Positions 8,639 through 18,765 of a stretch of DNA of 61,970 nt are shown piece by piece (position 1 is the stretch's first letter; every line of letters starts with the position of its first letter). The position numbers and the translations under genes were made by a program. The DNA comes from Aestuariivirga sp. (lineage in GTDB: Bacteria; Pseudomonadota; Alphaproteobacteria; Rhizobiales; Aestuariivirgaceae), in NCBI GenBank assembly GCA_046594125.1, contig JBKJQD010000138.1, forward strand, positions 1 through 61,970. Reading direction: 5' to 3'. Below the pieces are notes generated by a model. That model saw nothing but the letters and a program-made list of their open reading frames with translations. It did no database searches and had not been told where the DNA came from.

Positions 8639-9898
8639 CTAGTTCTTCCGTTTCCTTTTCCGGTGCTTGCCGCTGTCTGAACCCTGGGCGGTGGGCGCTA
8701 CCTCTTTCCGCTCTGGTTCCGCCGTGAGAGTGGCAATTTCCGCGAAGGTATCAGGTGTCATGACATCGCAGGGTGCTGACTCCTTGCGGTAGCGGGCGCA
8801 GGCCGCGAGGCTTGCAAGCTGGTCGAGATTCCACAGGATAGCGGCGAATCCGGACTTGCCCGGCATGCGGATCACCCCAGTCGGCCCAGCAATATCGGAC
8901 CCGGAGCTGCTCAGCAGTCTGCCTCTCAGGGCCATGTCGGCCTTGATGGCGGTGTCGTAGGTTCCAAAAGAAATGCCCCAGCCGGTAATATCGGTGGCAC
9001 GGCTGATGTCCACTGGCGATTTCTGGCGGCAGACGCTTGTTGTCAAATCCGCCGGCACAACCGCGCCAAGCGCCATGTTCGGAATCTGTGCGATCTGGGC
9101 GTGCGGTTGCACCGTCTGCCGCTCGAAGCCGTCGACGAGCAGCATCTGCGCCAGGTCGGCGCGGTGCTTGCCGCTACTGGCGCCGAGGATGACTGCACCC
9201 AGCTTGCGCCCGTCATGGGTGGCCGTCGCGACCAGGTTGAAACCGGAATTGCAGACGAAGCCGGTTTTCATGCCATCGGCTTCCGGCATCTGCCGGATGA
9301 GAGAGTTGCGATTTGCCAGCTTGCGCTTGCCCACCGCCACATAGTCCTGCGCGAAGTAGTGTGCCTGTTCCGGAAAGTCATGCAGCACTGCGGTTGCAAG
9401 GAGTGCCAGGTCGCGCGCCGTCGACACATGGCGCGGGTCGAACAACCCGTTGGGATTGACGAAGTGGCTGCCGGTCATGCCCAGACGGTGCGCCTCGTTG
9501 TTCATCTCCCCGGCAAAGGATGCAACCGTTGATGCCGCGGCTTCGGCCAGCACATAGGCCATGTCGTTGGCCGAATAGACCAGCAGCGATTGCAGCGCGA
9601 AATCGACGCTGACGGTTCCGCCCGCCCTGATGCCGATCTTGCTCGGCGGCTGGGAACTGGCAAGTGCTGAGATCGGTATCTTCTGATCCAGTTGCAGTTT
9701 GCCGTCCTTCAGTTTCTGGAAGACGATGTAGGCGGTCATCAGCTTGGTCAGCGAAGCCGGATACCAGGGTTCGCCGGCGCGGTCCTGGGACAGCACTTCA
9801 CCAGTGGCCGGATCAAAAAGAATCGTCGGCCCCGCCGCCTTGGCACTGGCGTTGCTGGCCGCCAGCACCGCGGCAATGATGAAGCAGACTGTCCGCAA
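8639..9898 (-). CDS. D-alanyl-D-alanine carboxypeptidase (peptidase S11) with a C-terminal extension
   Basis: PASLTK (SxxK), SAN (SxN) and KTG motifs; signal-peptide-like N-terminus. The ORF track runs into the tRNA; the likely start is the TTG at 9898 after AGGAA (9907 is an alternative). Confidence 0.88.
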   Translation of the reverse strand: MRTVCFIIAAVLAASNASAKAAGPTILFDPATGEVLSQDRAGEPWYPASLTKLMTAYIVFQKLKDGKLQLDQKIPISALASSQPPSKIGIRAGGTVSVDFALQSLLVYSANDMAYVLAEAAASTVASFAGEMNNEAHRLGMTGSHFVNPNGLFDPRHVSTARDLALLATAVLHDFPEQAHYFAQDYVAVGKRKLANRNSLIRQMPEADGMKTGFVCNSGFNLVATATHDGRKLGAVILGASSGKHRADLAQMLLVDGFERQTVQPHAQIAQIPNMALGAVVPADLTTSVCRQKSPVDISRATDITGWGISFGTYDTAIKADMALRGRLLSSSGSDIAGPTGVIRMPGKSGFAAILWNLDQLASLAACARYRKESAPCDVMTPDTFAEIATLTAEPERKEVAPTAQGSDSGKHRKRKRKN

Positions 9899-10018
9899 AA
9901 CCGTCAATTCCTGTTCTCTCTCAGATGCGGCCCTCGGACCGTGGCACGAAACCCAGATCAACGCTGTGAATTGGCTCAAAGTTGGGCAGACAGTCGCTGC
10001 TCCGGACTGCTGTGTAGA

Positions 10019-10104
10019 TGGTGCCCCTGGAGGGACTCGAACCCCCACATCCTTGCGAATAACAGATTTTGAGTCTGCCGCGTCTACCATTCCGCCACAG
10101 AGGC
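10019..10104 (-). tRNA. tRNA-Leu (anticodon CAA)
   Basis: GCCTCTG/CAGGGGC acceptor stem with encoded CCA, D-loop GGAATGGTAGAC, anticodon arm GCAGA-CTCAAAA-TCTGT, long variable arm, GGTTCGAGTCC T-arm. Confidence 0.97.
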
Positions 10105-10168
10105 CACGGGGAGGAGGGCATAATTGCCCGCCCTTGCGCCGTCAACCGTAAAGGGCGAGAAGGCGGAG

Positions 10169-10588
10169 ATGATCCGGATCACCGATTCCATCGCCCTGGA
10201 CGAGAGCGAGCTGAAGCTGAGCTTCATGCGCGCCTCCGGCCCCGGTGGCCAAAATGTGAATAAGGTGTCGACGGCAGTGGAGCTGCGCTACGATCTGGGC
10301 CAGGCGCTGCTCCCCGATGACATGAAGCAGCGCGCCAGAATTCTCGCAGGCCGCCAGCTCACCCTCGATGGCATCCTGGTCATCACCGCCCAGGAGCACC
10401 GCTCCCAGGAGCGCAACCGCGACACGGCGATTTCCAAGCTGGTCACACTTCTGCGCAAGGCGGCGGTCCGTCCCAAGCGCCGCATTGCGACACGGCCCAC
10501 CAAGGGTTCGAAGCAGCGCCGCCTGGACAGCAAGGCGAAGAACGCCGTAACCAAGAAATTGCGGTCTGGCCGCCCCAACCTGGAATGA
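10169..10588 (+). CDS. arfB: Alternative ribosome-rescue peptidyl-tRNA hydrolase
   Basis: SGPGGQNVNKV, RSQ.RNR and a basic tail (R..TRPT.GS..RRL..K); GGAG RBS before the ATG at 10169. Confidence 0.93.
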   Translation: MIRITDSIALDESELKLSFMRASGPGGQNVNKVSTAVELRYDLGQALLPDDMKQRARILAGRQLTLDGILVITAQEHRSQERNRDTAISKLVTLLRKAAVRPKRRIATRPTKGSKQRRLDSKAKNAVTKKLRSGRPNLE

Positions 10589-10595
10589 ACCTGTC

Positions 10596-11207
10596 ATGCT
10601 GAGACGGCTTTACGATTGGACCCTTTCGCTGGCGGGCCGGAAAACGGCGGAAATCTGGCTGGCGGTCATCGCCTTTGTCGAGAGCTCGGTGTTTCTGGTT
10701 CCGGCTGATGTTCTGTTTCTGCCGATGGCCGTGGCGCGGCCGGCCCGGGCTTATCGCTACGCACTTGTCGCCACCATCGCCTCGACGCTCGGCGGTATCG
10801 CCGGTTACCTGATCGGCTTCTACCTCTATGAGGCGGTGGCGAAACCCGTCCTCGAATTCTACGGCAAGCTCGCCGATTTCGAGCAGCTCCGCGCCTGCGC
10901 TGGCGAAGACACCTTGATGATGCTGCTCGTGACATCAGGCCTCGCCCATCTGCCGCCCATCAAGGTGGTGACCATACTCGCCGGTGTGGCACAAATCAGC
11001 TTCCTGTTCTTCGTGGTGTCCTGTGTCGTGGCCCGCGGAGCCCGGTTTTTCGCCCTGGCCTGGGCGTTGCGCCGCTATGGCGAGGCGATCAGAGATTTCG
11101 TCGAACGACGCCTGGGTCTCATTGCCGCAGCAGTGGCCGCCGTCATTGTGGCGCTCTATTTGCTGCTGAAATTCGCAAGCGCATCGGGAGCCATGTCTTC
11201 ATGTTGA
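10596..11207 (+). CDS. YqaA/DedA-family membrane protein
   Basis: RRLYDW, F.ESS.F..P.D, S..GG..GY.IG and RG.RF motifs. Confidence 0.88.
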   Translation: MLRRLYDWTLSLAGRKTAEIWLAVIAFVESSVFLVPADVLFLPMAVARPARAYRYALVATIASTLGGIAGYLIGFYLYEAVAKPVLEFYGKLADFEQLRACAGEDTLMMLLVTSGLAHLPPIKVVTILAGVAQISFLFFVVSCVVARGARFFALAWALRRYGEAIRDFVERRLGLIAAAVAAVIVALYLLLKFASASGAMSSC

Positions 11208-11692
11208 GCAATCTCACGCCGCAGCGGGCGGCCATCATCATCTTTGGCATGGCCCTGGCCACCATCCTTGGCGCATGGATTTTCGAATATTTTGGCTATG
11301 CGCCCTGCGAGCTGTGTCTCAAGCAGCGCTGGGCTTACTACGGAGCCATCCCGCTGGCGGCACTCGTCGCGCTGGTGGCGCCGGGTAATCCGGCTCTGGC
11401 ACGAAAGGGTCTGGGGCTGCTGGCGGTGATCTGGCTCGCCAGCATGGCGTTTGGCATCTACCACTCCGGTGTCGAGTGGAAGTGGTGGCCGGGTCCGGAC
11501 ACCTGCACCGGAATCGGCACTCTCTCCACTGGGCTGCCCAACCTGGATTCAGCCGTGGTGATGTGCGACACGCCAGCCATTCGCATTTTCGGTCTGTCGC
11601 TGGCCGGCTGGAACGCGCTGATTTCCTCAGGGCTTGCTTTCGTCGCATTGCGCGGCATAACGCGTCAGGGATCGAGTTCCGTATCCCAGTAA
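11201..11692 (+). CDS. Disulfide bond formation protein B family
   Basis: PCELC..QR, YH.GVE..WW.GP..C and CD motifs; 4 transmembrane segments. Confidence 0.88.
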   Translation: MLSNLTPQRAAIIIFGMALATILGAWIFEYFGYAPCELCLKQRWAYYGAIPLAALVALVAPGNPALARKGLGLLAVIWLASMAFGIYHSGVEWKWWPGPDTCTGIGTLSTGLPNLDSAVVMCDTPAIRIFGLSLAGWNALISSGLAFVALRGITRQGSSSVSQ

Positions 11693-12231
11693 AGATAATC
11701 CTGCCAGCTATCATGCAGGTAGTTTGGCGGGAACAGGCGGCCATTCTTGTGTAGCTGGTTGACGCTGGGCCGCAGCGGTTTTTGCGCCGGGTGCATATGG
11801 ATTTCATGGGCGAGATAACCGCCCTTCATCAGGTTGCACGGCGAGCAGGCGGTGACCACGTTTTCCCAAGTGGTATGACCGCCCTTGGAACGCGGCAGCA
11901 CGTGGTCGAAAGTCAGGTCATCATGGCAGCTGCAATACTGGCAGGTGAAACGGTCCCGGAGGAAGACATTGAACCGCGTGAAGGCGGGCGTGCGCGACGG
12001 CTTGACGTAGGTCTTGAGCGACACGACACTCGGCAGCCGGAATTCGAACTTGGGACTGCGGACGACGCGATCATACTCCGAAACGATATTCACCCGGTCA
12101 AGGAAGACGGCCTTGATCGTGTCCTGCCAGCTCCATAGAGACAAGGGATAGTAGCTCAATGGACGGAAATCCGCATTGAGTACGAGAGCCGGACAGGCTT
12201 CAGGCGTGATCGGCGCGTGGTGCACGCTCAC
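11665..12231 (-). CDS. HNH endonuclease (McrA-like HNH, stand-alone alphaproteobacterial type)
   Basis: LVLNAD.RPL, R.NV.LRD...CQYC, LT.DHV.PRS.GG...WEN.V.AC..CN..K motifs. Confidence 0.93.
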   Translation of the reverse strand: MSVHHAPITPEACPALVLNADFRPLSYYPLSLWSWQDTIKAVFLDRVNIVSEYDRVVRSPKFEFRLPSVVSLKTYVKPSRTPAFTRFNVFLRDRFTCQYCSCHDDLTFDHVLPRSKGGHTTWENVVTACSPCNLMKGGYLAHEIHMHPAQKPLRPSVNQLHKNGRLFPPNYLHDSWQDYLYWDTELDP

Positions 12232-12256
12232 CTCATCGGTTCAATTGCCTATCCTC

Positions 12257-12272
12257 ATACTATATCTAGTAT
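12257..12272. promoter_or_regulatory. NrdR-box-like palindrome ATACTATATCTAGTAT overlapping the putative -10 of the HNH gene
   Basis: 16-bp imperfect palindrome matching acaCwAtATaTwGtgt at 13/16 positions; 25 bp upstream of the HNH start. Confidence 0.5.
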
Positions 12273-12291
12273 AACGGCTCTGTGAAGGGTT

Positions 12292-12933
12292 TTAAGTGAC
12301 ACTCTGGGTCATGCCCTTCAGTCCACGGTAGTGGCTCCACAACAGTCTCGCGGCAACCGACCGGATTGGCCGCCAGGCCTCGGCCAAGCGCTTCATGTCT
12401 TGGGGTCCAGGCCGCCCTGGCAATCCGAAAAGATCTTGCGCGGCGGCCTGCAACGCGAGATCGCCGGCAGGCCAGGCGTCGGCCCGCCCCATGGCGGAGA
12501 GCAGATAGATGTCGGCGGTCCACGGACCGATACCCTTGTTCTTTTGCAGCCGCTGAATAACATCGTCATCGCTCACGCCCGCAAGTTCATCGAATTGCAA
12601 ATGGCCTTCGCAGACGGCCTTCGCCAGTGCCTGGAAAGTCCGTGCCTTGGCACCCGATAATCCGAGCGCCATCAGTCGCGTGTGTTCCATGCCGCCGATA
12701 ATCCCGGCATCGAAGGGATGAAGCTCCGCCTCGATCCGGCGCCAGATGGCTTCGCCCGCCTTGAGCGAGATGAGCTGGTCGGTGACGATGCGCAGCAGCC
12801 CCTTGAGGCCCGGCTCCGAGCGCCGCAGCGGTGGAATGCCGTGCCGCGCAACGATTCCGCCGAATCGCGGCTCGATAAAGGCAAGACGGAAAATTGCCTC
12901 CGCCAGTTGCGCTTCGCTGTCCAGAACGGTCAT
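12292..12933 (-). CDS. DNA-3-methyladenine glycosylase II (AlkA/HhH-GPD family)
   Basis: Q.IS..A..AI, GLS..K and KGIGPWTA..YL.....R.D.WP.GDLAL motifs; start at the ATG at 12933. Confidence 0.9.
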   Translation of the reverse strand: MTVLDSEAQLAEAIFRLAFIEPRFGGIVARHGIPPLRRSEPGLKGLLRIVTDQLISLKAGEAIWRRIEAELHPFDAGIIGGMEHTRLMALGLSGAKARTFQALAKAVCEGHLQFDELAGVSDDDVIQRLQKNKGIGPWTADIYLLSAMGRADAWPAGDLALQAAAQDLFGLPGRPGPQDMKRLAEAWRPIRSVAARLLWSHYRGLKGMTQSVT

Positions 12934-12976
12934 GAGAAAGTTTGACCTTTTTGTCAGAGCGAAGCAAGACCATGCC

Positions 12977-13786
12977 ATGACGCTTGCGGCCTTCAGATTT
13001 GCCCCCAGTCCCAATGGTGAGCTGCATCTCGGCCATGCCTATTCGGCCTTGCTGAACGAGCGCTTGGCCGAAGAGGCGGGCGGCCGCTTCCTGATCCGCA
13101 TCGAGGACATCGACAGGCTGCGTTGCAAACCGGAGTTTGCTTCAAAAGCCCTCGCCGACCTCGCTTGGCTCGGCCTGCACTGGGAAACGCCGGTGCGCTT
13201 TCAAAGCGAACATTTGGCCGACTATGCCGCCCGGCAGGAGCAGCTGATAGAACGCGGATTGCTCTATCCATGTTTTTGCTCACGCAATGATCTCGCACTG
13301 CGTTCAATTGATCGACCGCACGATCCCGAAGGTCAGCCGCTCTATGATGGCGCCTGCCGGACATTGCCGCGCCATACTGTCCTTGACTGGGTCGGTGAAG
13401 GAAAGGACCGCGCCATGAGGATCGACATGACCACAGCAACCGCCATGGTGGGCGGTGGTCTGCGTCTCGATCCATCCCCCTGGGGTGACGTCGTACTGGT
13501 GCGCAAGGATATCGGCAGCAGCTACCATGTGGCGGTGGTCACTGACGATGCTCTGCAGGGCATCACCCATGTGGTGAGGGGCCGCGACCTCGAGGCGCCG
13601 ACTTCGATTCACCAGCTTCTGCAAAACCTACTCGGGCTTCCAACGCCGCACTATCATCACCATCGGCTCCTGAGCGATGATGATGGCAAGAAGCTGTCGA
13701 AGAGTGCCAGCAGCAAGCCGCTGCGGGTCTTGCGCGAAGAGGGCGTGACACCGGCTGACATTCGGCGCGTGTTGGGATTTGCCTGA
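12977..13786 (+). CDS. gluQ: tRNA glutamyl-Q(34) synthetase
   Basis: RFAPSPNG.LHLGH, RIEDID, YPCFCSR, V.RG.DL and KLSKS motifs; no anticodon-binding domain. Confidence 0.92.
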   Translation: MTLAAFRFAPSPNGELHLGHAYSALLNERLAEEAGGRFLIRIEDIDRLRCKPEFASKALADLAWLGLHWETPVRFQSEHLADYAARQEQLIERGLLYPCFCSRNDLALRSIDRPHDPEGQPLYDGACRTLPRHTVLDWVGEGKDRAMRIDMTTATAMVGGGLRLDPSPWGDVVLVRKDIGSSYHVAVVTDDALQGITHVVRGRDLEAPTSIHQLLQNLLGLPTPHYHHHRLLSDDDGKKLSKSASSKPLRVLREEGVTPADIRRVLGFA

Positions 13787-13789
13787 GGA

Positions 13790-13969
13790 TCAGAAGTCGC
13801 TGGCGATGCCCTTGGTCTCCCAGTCGCCATAGCGTGTCGGCTCCAGTCCCTTGTGGCCGTTAATCTCAAGGGGCAGGGCGGCGTGGGGTTTTGACAGCCG
13901 CCGTGCTTCCGCTTCTGCAAGCGCCCGTTGGGCCTCTGGTGTCAGTTCGCTGGTCTTGCGGGATGTCAT
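13790..13969 (-). CDS. DUF1674 / SDHAF4-like small protein
   Basis: [12 protein letters not shown] and [15 protein letters not shown] signature; start could also be 13978 or 13981. Confidence 0.88.
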   Translation of the reverse strand: MTSRKTSELTPEAQRALAEAEARRLSKPHAALPLEINGHKGLEPTRYGDWETKGIASDF

Positions 13970-14023
13970 GACCGCCATCATATGGTGGTTTCAAGCGGGA
14001 TGAAACAAGGAGAAATCTGTCCC

Positions 14024-14935
14024 ATGAATACCATGCGCACCGGTCTGTTGCTGGCCGCCATGACCGGCCTGTTTCTCGCCGTGGGTTATCTGCTTGGCCG
14101 CGAGCAGGGCATGATCATCGCATTTGTGGTGGCCATTGGCATGAATGTGTTTGCCTATTGGAATGCCGACAAGATGGTACTGCGCATGCATGGCGCCCGC
14201 CAGGTGGACGGGCAGTCGGCGCCGGAATTCTATGGCCTGATTGAGGAGCTTGCCCGGCGCGCAAACCTGCCGATGCCCAAGGTTTATGTGATGGATAATC
14301 CGCAGCCCAATGCCTTTGCCACGGGCCGCAATCCCGAGAACGCCGCTGTCGCCGCTACGACCGGTCTGCTCGATCTGCTCAGCCGCGACGAGATCGCCGG
14401 CGTCATGGCCCATGAGTTGGGCCATATCCGCCATCGCGACACTCTGGTCATGACCATCACCGCGACCTTTGCCGGTGCCATTTCGATGCTGGCGAATTTC
14501 GGCATGTTCTTTGGCGGCAGCCGCAACCGCGACAATCCTATTGGTGCCATTGGGACCATTCTGATGGTGATCCTCGCTCCGCTTGCCGCCATGATCGTAC
14601 AGATGGCAGTAAGCCGGACGCGCGAATACGGTGCCGACCGCGCCGGTGCCGAAATATCCGGAAAACCGCTGGCTCTGGCATCGGCCCTTGCCAAAATCTC
14701 CGCCGCCGCGCATCACATTGAAAATCCCGCGGCGGAGGCCAATCCGGCAACCGCTCACCTCTTCATCATCAACCCCCTGTCGGGCCAGCGCATGGACAAT
14801 CTGTTTTCAACCCATCCCGATACGCAGAACAGGATCGACGCCTTGCAGGGCATGGCCCGAGAAATGGGCAGTACCGGAAGCGCCGCTGGCCCGTGGCAGG
14901 CCGAGCCCCGGAGCGCCCGTGGCCCGTGGGGATAG
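14024..14935 (+). CDS. htpX: Zinc metalloprotease HtpX
   Basis: [21 protein letters not shown] and FSTHP motifs; AAGGAG RBS. Confidence 0.95.
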   Translation: MNTMRTGLLLAAMTGLFLAVGYLLGREQGMIIAFVVAIGMNVFAYWNADKMVLRMHGARQVDGQSAPEFYGLIEELARRANLPMPKVYVMDNPQPNAFATGRNPENAAVAATTGLLDLLSRDEIAGVMAHELGHIRHRDTLVMTITATFAGAISMLANFGMFFGGSRNRDNPIGAIGTILMVILAPLAAMIVQMAVSRTREYGADRAGAEISGKPLALASALAKISAAAHHIENPAAEANPATAHLFIINPLSGQRMDNLFSTHPDTQNRIDALQGMAREMGSTGSAAGPWQAEPRSARGPWG

Positions 14936-16238
14936 TGCCAAGGGACTAGCTGTCCGGCAAGCCGCGCTGGAAATTCTCGAAGGTATCCTCGTCCGGAAAT
15001 CCCTGTTCGAGGAGGGGCTCGCCGCTTCGAAAATTGCCCGAACACTGGAGCCGCGAGATCGCGCCTTCGCCTCGGCCATCGTTCTGTCGGTTCTGCGTCA
15101 CAAGGGCGAGATTGATGCGGTTCTGGTTTCCTTCATGCCGAAGCCCTTGCCGCGCAAGTCGGGTTTGACGCTGCTGGTTTTTTTCATCGGCATCGCACAG
15201 CTCCTGTTCTTGGACGTGGCACCCCATGCGGCGATTGATCTATGCGTCAGTCTGGCGCGGCTTGACCGTGGTGCTGCTCATTTTACCGGACTGGTGAATG
15301 CCGTTCTCCGGCGTGTGGCGGAGAAGGGCCGGGAGCGGCTCGAAACTTTGGATGGCGCGGTTCTCAACACACCGGACTGGTTGTGGCAAAGGTGGGTGCG
15401 AAGCCATGGCGAAGAGCAAGCGCGGTTGATCGCTGCTTCACATCTGGTCGAACCTCAGCTTGACGTGTCGGTGGCGAGTCTACCGCTCGAATGGTCGGTG
15501 CGGCTCGGCGGTACGCTTCTTCCGGGTGGCAGCATTCGTCTGCCCTTGGGCGCCGGCCCCGTGGATGAGTTGCCGGGCTACTCCGGGGGAGGCTGGTGGA
15601 TACAGGATGCGGCCTCTGCCCTGCCGGTTCGTCTGCTCGGCGATGTCGCTGGACAGAAGGTCATTGATCTCTGCGCGGCGCCCGGCGGCAAGACGATGCA
15701 GCTCTGTGCCGCCGGAGCCGACGTTACCGCGGTTGACCTGTCCGACGAGCGGCTCGATCGGCTGCGCGAGAATCTGGAGCGCCAGAAATTCAAGGCCAAT
15801 GTCATCGCCGCCGATGCACTCGCCCTCGACATGCCCGGCCAATTTGATGGCGTTGTTCTCGATGCGCCATGTTCGGCGACCGGCACGTTGCGGCGCCATC
15901 CCGAATTGCCCTATATCCGCGACGGACTGGATATCGGTCCGCTGGTCAAGCTGCAGACGCGGATGCTGAAGGCTGCGGCACGTCTGGTGCGGCCGGGGGG
16001 ATTGTTGATCTATTGCACCTGTTCGCTGGAAATCGAGGAAGGCGAGAAACAGATTGATGGTTTTCTCAGCGCATTTGGTATGGATTTCGAACTAACACCG
16101 GTACGGCCAGTCGAAGATGGTTTCGAGTCGAATTTCGTAACCGTTGAAGGCTATCTCAGAACATTGCCCTGCATGACAATAGGAGCAAAATCCGGACTAG
16201 ACGGGTTCTTTGCCGCACGATTGAAGCGGAAAGGTTGA
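14919..16238 (+). CDS. RsmB/NOP-family RNA m5C methyltransferase with a NusB-like N-terminus
   Basis: [31 protein letters not shown] and DGFF motifs; likely GTG start at 14919 after GGAG. Confidence 0.9.
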   Translation: MARGDSAKGLAVRQAALEILEGILVRKSLFEEGLAASKIARTLEPRDRAFASAIVLSVLRHKGEIDAVLVSFMPKPLPRKSGLTLLVFFIGIAQLLFLDVAPHAAIDLCVSLARLDRGAAHFTGLVNAVLRRVAEKGRERLETLDGAVLNTPDWLWQRWVRSHGEEQARLIAASHLVEPQLDVSVASLPLEWSVRLGGTLLPGGSIRLPLGAGPVDELPGYSGGGWWIQDAASALPVRLLGDVAGQKVIDLCAAPGGKTMQLCAAGADVTAVDLSDERLDRLRENLERQKFKANVIAADALALDMPGQFDGVVLDAPCSATGTLRRHPELPYIRDGLDIGPLVKLQTRMLKAAARLVRPGGLLIYCTCSLEIEEGEKQIDGFLSAFGMDFELTPVRPVEDGFESNFVTVEGYLRTLPCMTIGAKSGLDGFFAARLKRKG

Positions 16239-16243
16239 TCACA

Positions 16244-17812
16244 ATGGCCATACGCCGGGCACTGATTTCAGTATCGGACAAGACCGGGGTCATCGCTTTG
16301 GCTCGCGGTTTGGCCGCCCTCGGCATTGAAATCATCTCGACGGGTGGCACCGCAAAGGGCCTGCTGGCTGAAGGCATCGCGGTCATGGACGTGGCCAGTG
16401 TCACTGGCTTTCCGGAGATCATGGATGGCCGGGTGAAGACTCTTCATCCGAAAATTCATGGTGGTCTGCTCGCCGTGCGCGATGACGCCGGTCATGTCAG
16501 AGCCCAGGCTGAGAACGGCATTGCCAACATCGACATGCTGGTGGTCAATCTCTATCCCTTTGCCGAGACCGTGGCCCGCGGTGCGGGTTGGGATGAAATC
16601 ATCGAGAATATCGACGTCGGTGGACCGGCCATGATCAGGGCTGCGGCCAAGAACCATCGGGACGTGACCGTCGTTGTTGACCCGCTAGACTATGACAAAG
16701 TTCTCGGGGAAATGCAGGACGGCGATGGCGGCACCACGCTGCCGACGCGCCGTTGGCTTGCCGCCAAGGCCTTCAGCCGCACATCTGCCTATGACGCGGC
16801 GATTGCGCAGTGGTTCGCCAGCGAAATGCATGATCCATTTCCGCCGGACATCGTGTTCTCCGGACAGCGCATCCAGCAACTGCGCTATGGTGAAAATCCG
16901 CATCAATCGGCGGCACTTTATGGCTGGCCCGGACAGCCGCCGGGCATTGCCACGGCCCGGCAGCTTCAGGGCAAGCAACTTTCTTATAATAATCTGAACG
17001 ACACCGACGCGGCGCTCGAGTGTTTGTCCGAATTCGATCCGGGCGAGGGCGCCGCCTGTGTCATTGTCAAGCACGCCAACCCCTGCGGCGTTGCTGTCGG
17101 CGGCAGTTTGCTGGACGCCTATCGCAAGGCACTCGCCTGCGATCCCGTCAGTGCGTTCGGCGGCATCGTGGCGCTCAACCGGCCGCTCGATACGGCGACA
17201 GCCGCGGAGATCATCGCGTTGTTTACCGAGGTGATCGTCGCCCCTTCCGCCGATCCCGACGCGGTGGCACTGGTGGCTGGAAAGAAAAATCTGCGATTGC
17301 TGCTGTCCGATGCATCGGCCTTACGCAAGTCTACGGCCCGCGTCCTGAAAACCGTCAGCGGCGGCTTTCTGCTTCAGACGCGTGACGATGTTTCCGTCGA
17401 TGATATGGATTTGAAGGTGGTGACACGCCGCCCGCCTGATGCGCGGGAGCTGGCCGATCTGCGCTTTGCTTTCCGCGTCGCCAAGCACGTCAAGTCGAAT
17501 GCCATCGTTTACGCCAAAGATGGCGCCACGGTCGGCATCGGGGCCGGTCAGATGTCGCGGGTCGATTCCGCGCGGATTGCAGCACGCAAGAGCGCCGACG
17601 CGGCCCTGGGCGGTGTTGCGCTGGCGAAAGGTTCCGTGGTTGCGTCCGACGCGTTCTTCCCGTTTGCCGACGGTTTGCTTCAGGCCATCGAAGCGGGAGC
17701 AACAGCCGTAATTCAGCCCGGTGGCTCGATCAAGGATGATGAAGTTATCCGCGTCGCCGACGAGGCGGGGATTGCCATGGTCTTCACCGGCTTCAGGCAT
17801 TTCCGGCATTGA
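16244..17812 (+). CDS. purH: Bifunctional AICAR transformylase / IMP cyclohydrolase
   Basis: [40 protein letters not shown] and RHFRH motifs. Confidence 0.98.
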   Translation: MAIRRALISVSDKTGVIALARGLAALGIEIISTGGTAKGLLAEGIAVMDVASVTGFPEIMDGRVKTLHPKIHGGLLAVRDDAGHVRAQAENGIANIDMLVVNLYPFAETVARGAGWDEIIENIDVGGPAMIRAAAKNHRDVTVVVDPLDYDKVLGEMQDGDGGTTLPTRRWLAAKAFSRTSAYDAAIAQWFASEMHDPFPPDIVFSGQRIQQLRYGENPHQSAALYGWPGQPPGIATARQLQGKQLSYNNLNDTDAALECLSEFDPGEGAACVIVKHANPCGVAVGGSLLDAYRKALACDPVSAFGGIVALNRPLDTATAAEIIALFTEVIVAPSADPDAVALVAGKKNLRLLLSDASALRKSTARVLKTVSGGFLLQTRDDVSVDDMDLKVVTRRPPDARELADLRFAFRVAKHVKSNAIVYAKDGATVGIGAGQMSRVDSARIAARKSADAALGGVALAKGSVVASDAFFPFADGLLQAIEAGATAVIQPGGSIKDDEVIRVADEAGIAMVFTGFRHFRH

Positions 17813-17828
17813 TTTCAAAAGAGCAAGG

Positions 17829-18698
17829 CTATTGCGGCGTTGTCTGTAGTCTCCGGCAGACATCTTCGAGCTGCTCAAGGGTCTTGTAGCTGATTTTCAG
17901 CAGTCCACCGGTAGGGCCAGTATGGCTGATTTCCACCTTCAGCCCTACCGCCTCCGACAGTGTGCGCTCCAGGGCCTTGGTATCCGGGTCCTTGTCCGCT
18001 CCAGGGTTCTTTGCAGCCCTCATGGGAGATGACTGCCGCGCCAAGGTTTCCGTTTCGCGGACGGAAAGACCGAGGTTGATGATCTGTTCCGCTAGTTTCG
18101 CAGGCGAATCGGTTGCCACCAGGGCTCGCGCATGGCCGGCGGTCAGCTGACCCGTTTCGATCTGTTGCCGTACTGAATCGGGCAGAGTGAGCAGCCGCAG
18201 CGTATTGGAAATATGGCTGCGCGACTTGCCCACCGATTCTGCCAATTGCTGCTGCGTATAGCTGAACTGCTCGAGCAGGAGCCCGTAGGCCCTGGCCTCT
18301 TCCAGCGGATTGAGGTCGGAGCGCTGGATATTTTCGATGAGGGCGATTTCCAGCGCCTCGCCATCGCTGAATTCGCGGATCAGCACCGGGACGTCATGGA
18401 TGCCCGCCCGCTGCGAGGCCCGCCAGCGCCTTTCGCCGGCAACAATTTCATACTCGCCGCCATCCCTCGGGCGTACCACTATTGGCTGCAGAAGGCCTTT
18501 CGCCTTGATCGAGTGAGCCAGTTCATCCAGATCTCCATCGGGAAAATGCTTGCGCGGATTGTTGGGGCTGGCATGAATGAGTTCGATTGGCATATGCCGC
18601 AAAGTGCGGACATCTTGCACCACGGCCTCTTCACTGGTGTCGTCGCCAATGAGGGCCGCAAGCCCGCGGCCTAGTCTGTTCTTCTGGGCTTGCATCAT
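17829..18698 (-). CDS. parB: Chromosome partitioning protein ParB
   Basis: LGRGL, GERRWRA (Box II), EN.QR.DL motifs and an HTH; start at the ATG at 18698. Confidence 0.96.
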   Translation of the reverse strand: MMQAQKNRLGRGLAALIGDDTSEEAVVQDVRTLRHMPIELIHASPNNPRKHFPDGDLDELAHSIKAKGLLQPIVVRPRDGGEYEIVAGERRWRASQRAGIHDVPVLIREFSDGEALEIALIENIQRSDLNPLEEARAYGLLLEQFSYTQQQLAESVGKSRSHISNTLRLLTLPDSVRQQIETGQLTAGHARALVATDSPAKLAEQIINLGLSVRETETLARQSSPMRAAKNPGADKDPDTKALERTLSEAVGLKVEISHTGPTGGLLKISYKTLEQLEDVCRRLQTTPQ

Positions 18699-18765
18699 CT
18701 TGATCGTCTCCGCATTCAATCCACCCGTCCGGGCCGTTCTTGATATCATTCCGGTAGCGAATCGT

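Noticed and set aside
9908-10030. Possible integrative element at the tRNA-Leu 3' end
   Set aside because: There is no integrase, no duplicated tRNA 3' end and no composition shift; only a weak hairpin follows the CCA.
9899-10090. N-terminal extension of the carboxypeptidase ORF running through the tRNA
   Set aside because: It is translated tRNA and spacer sequence; the signal-peptide-like start and RBS lie near 9898-9907.
11665-12231. HNH gene as a homing endonuclease, restriction system or Cas component
   Set aside because: No intron or intein context, methyltransferase, repeat array or atypical composition; it sits among housekeeping genes.
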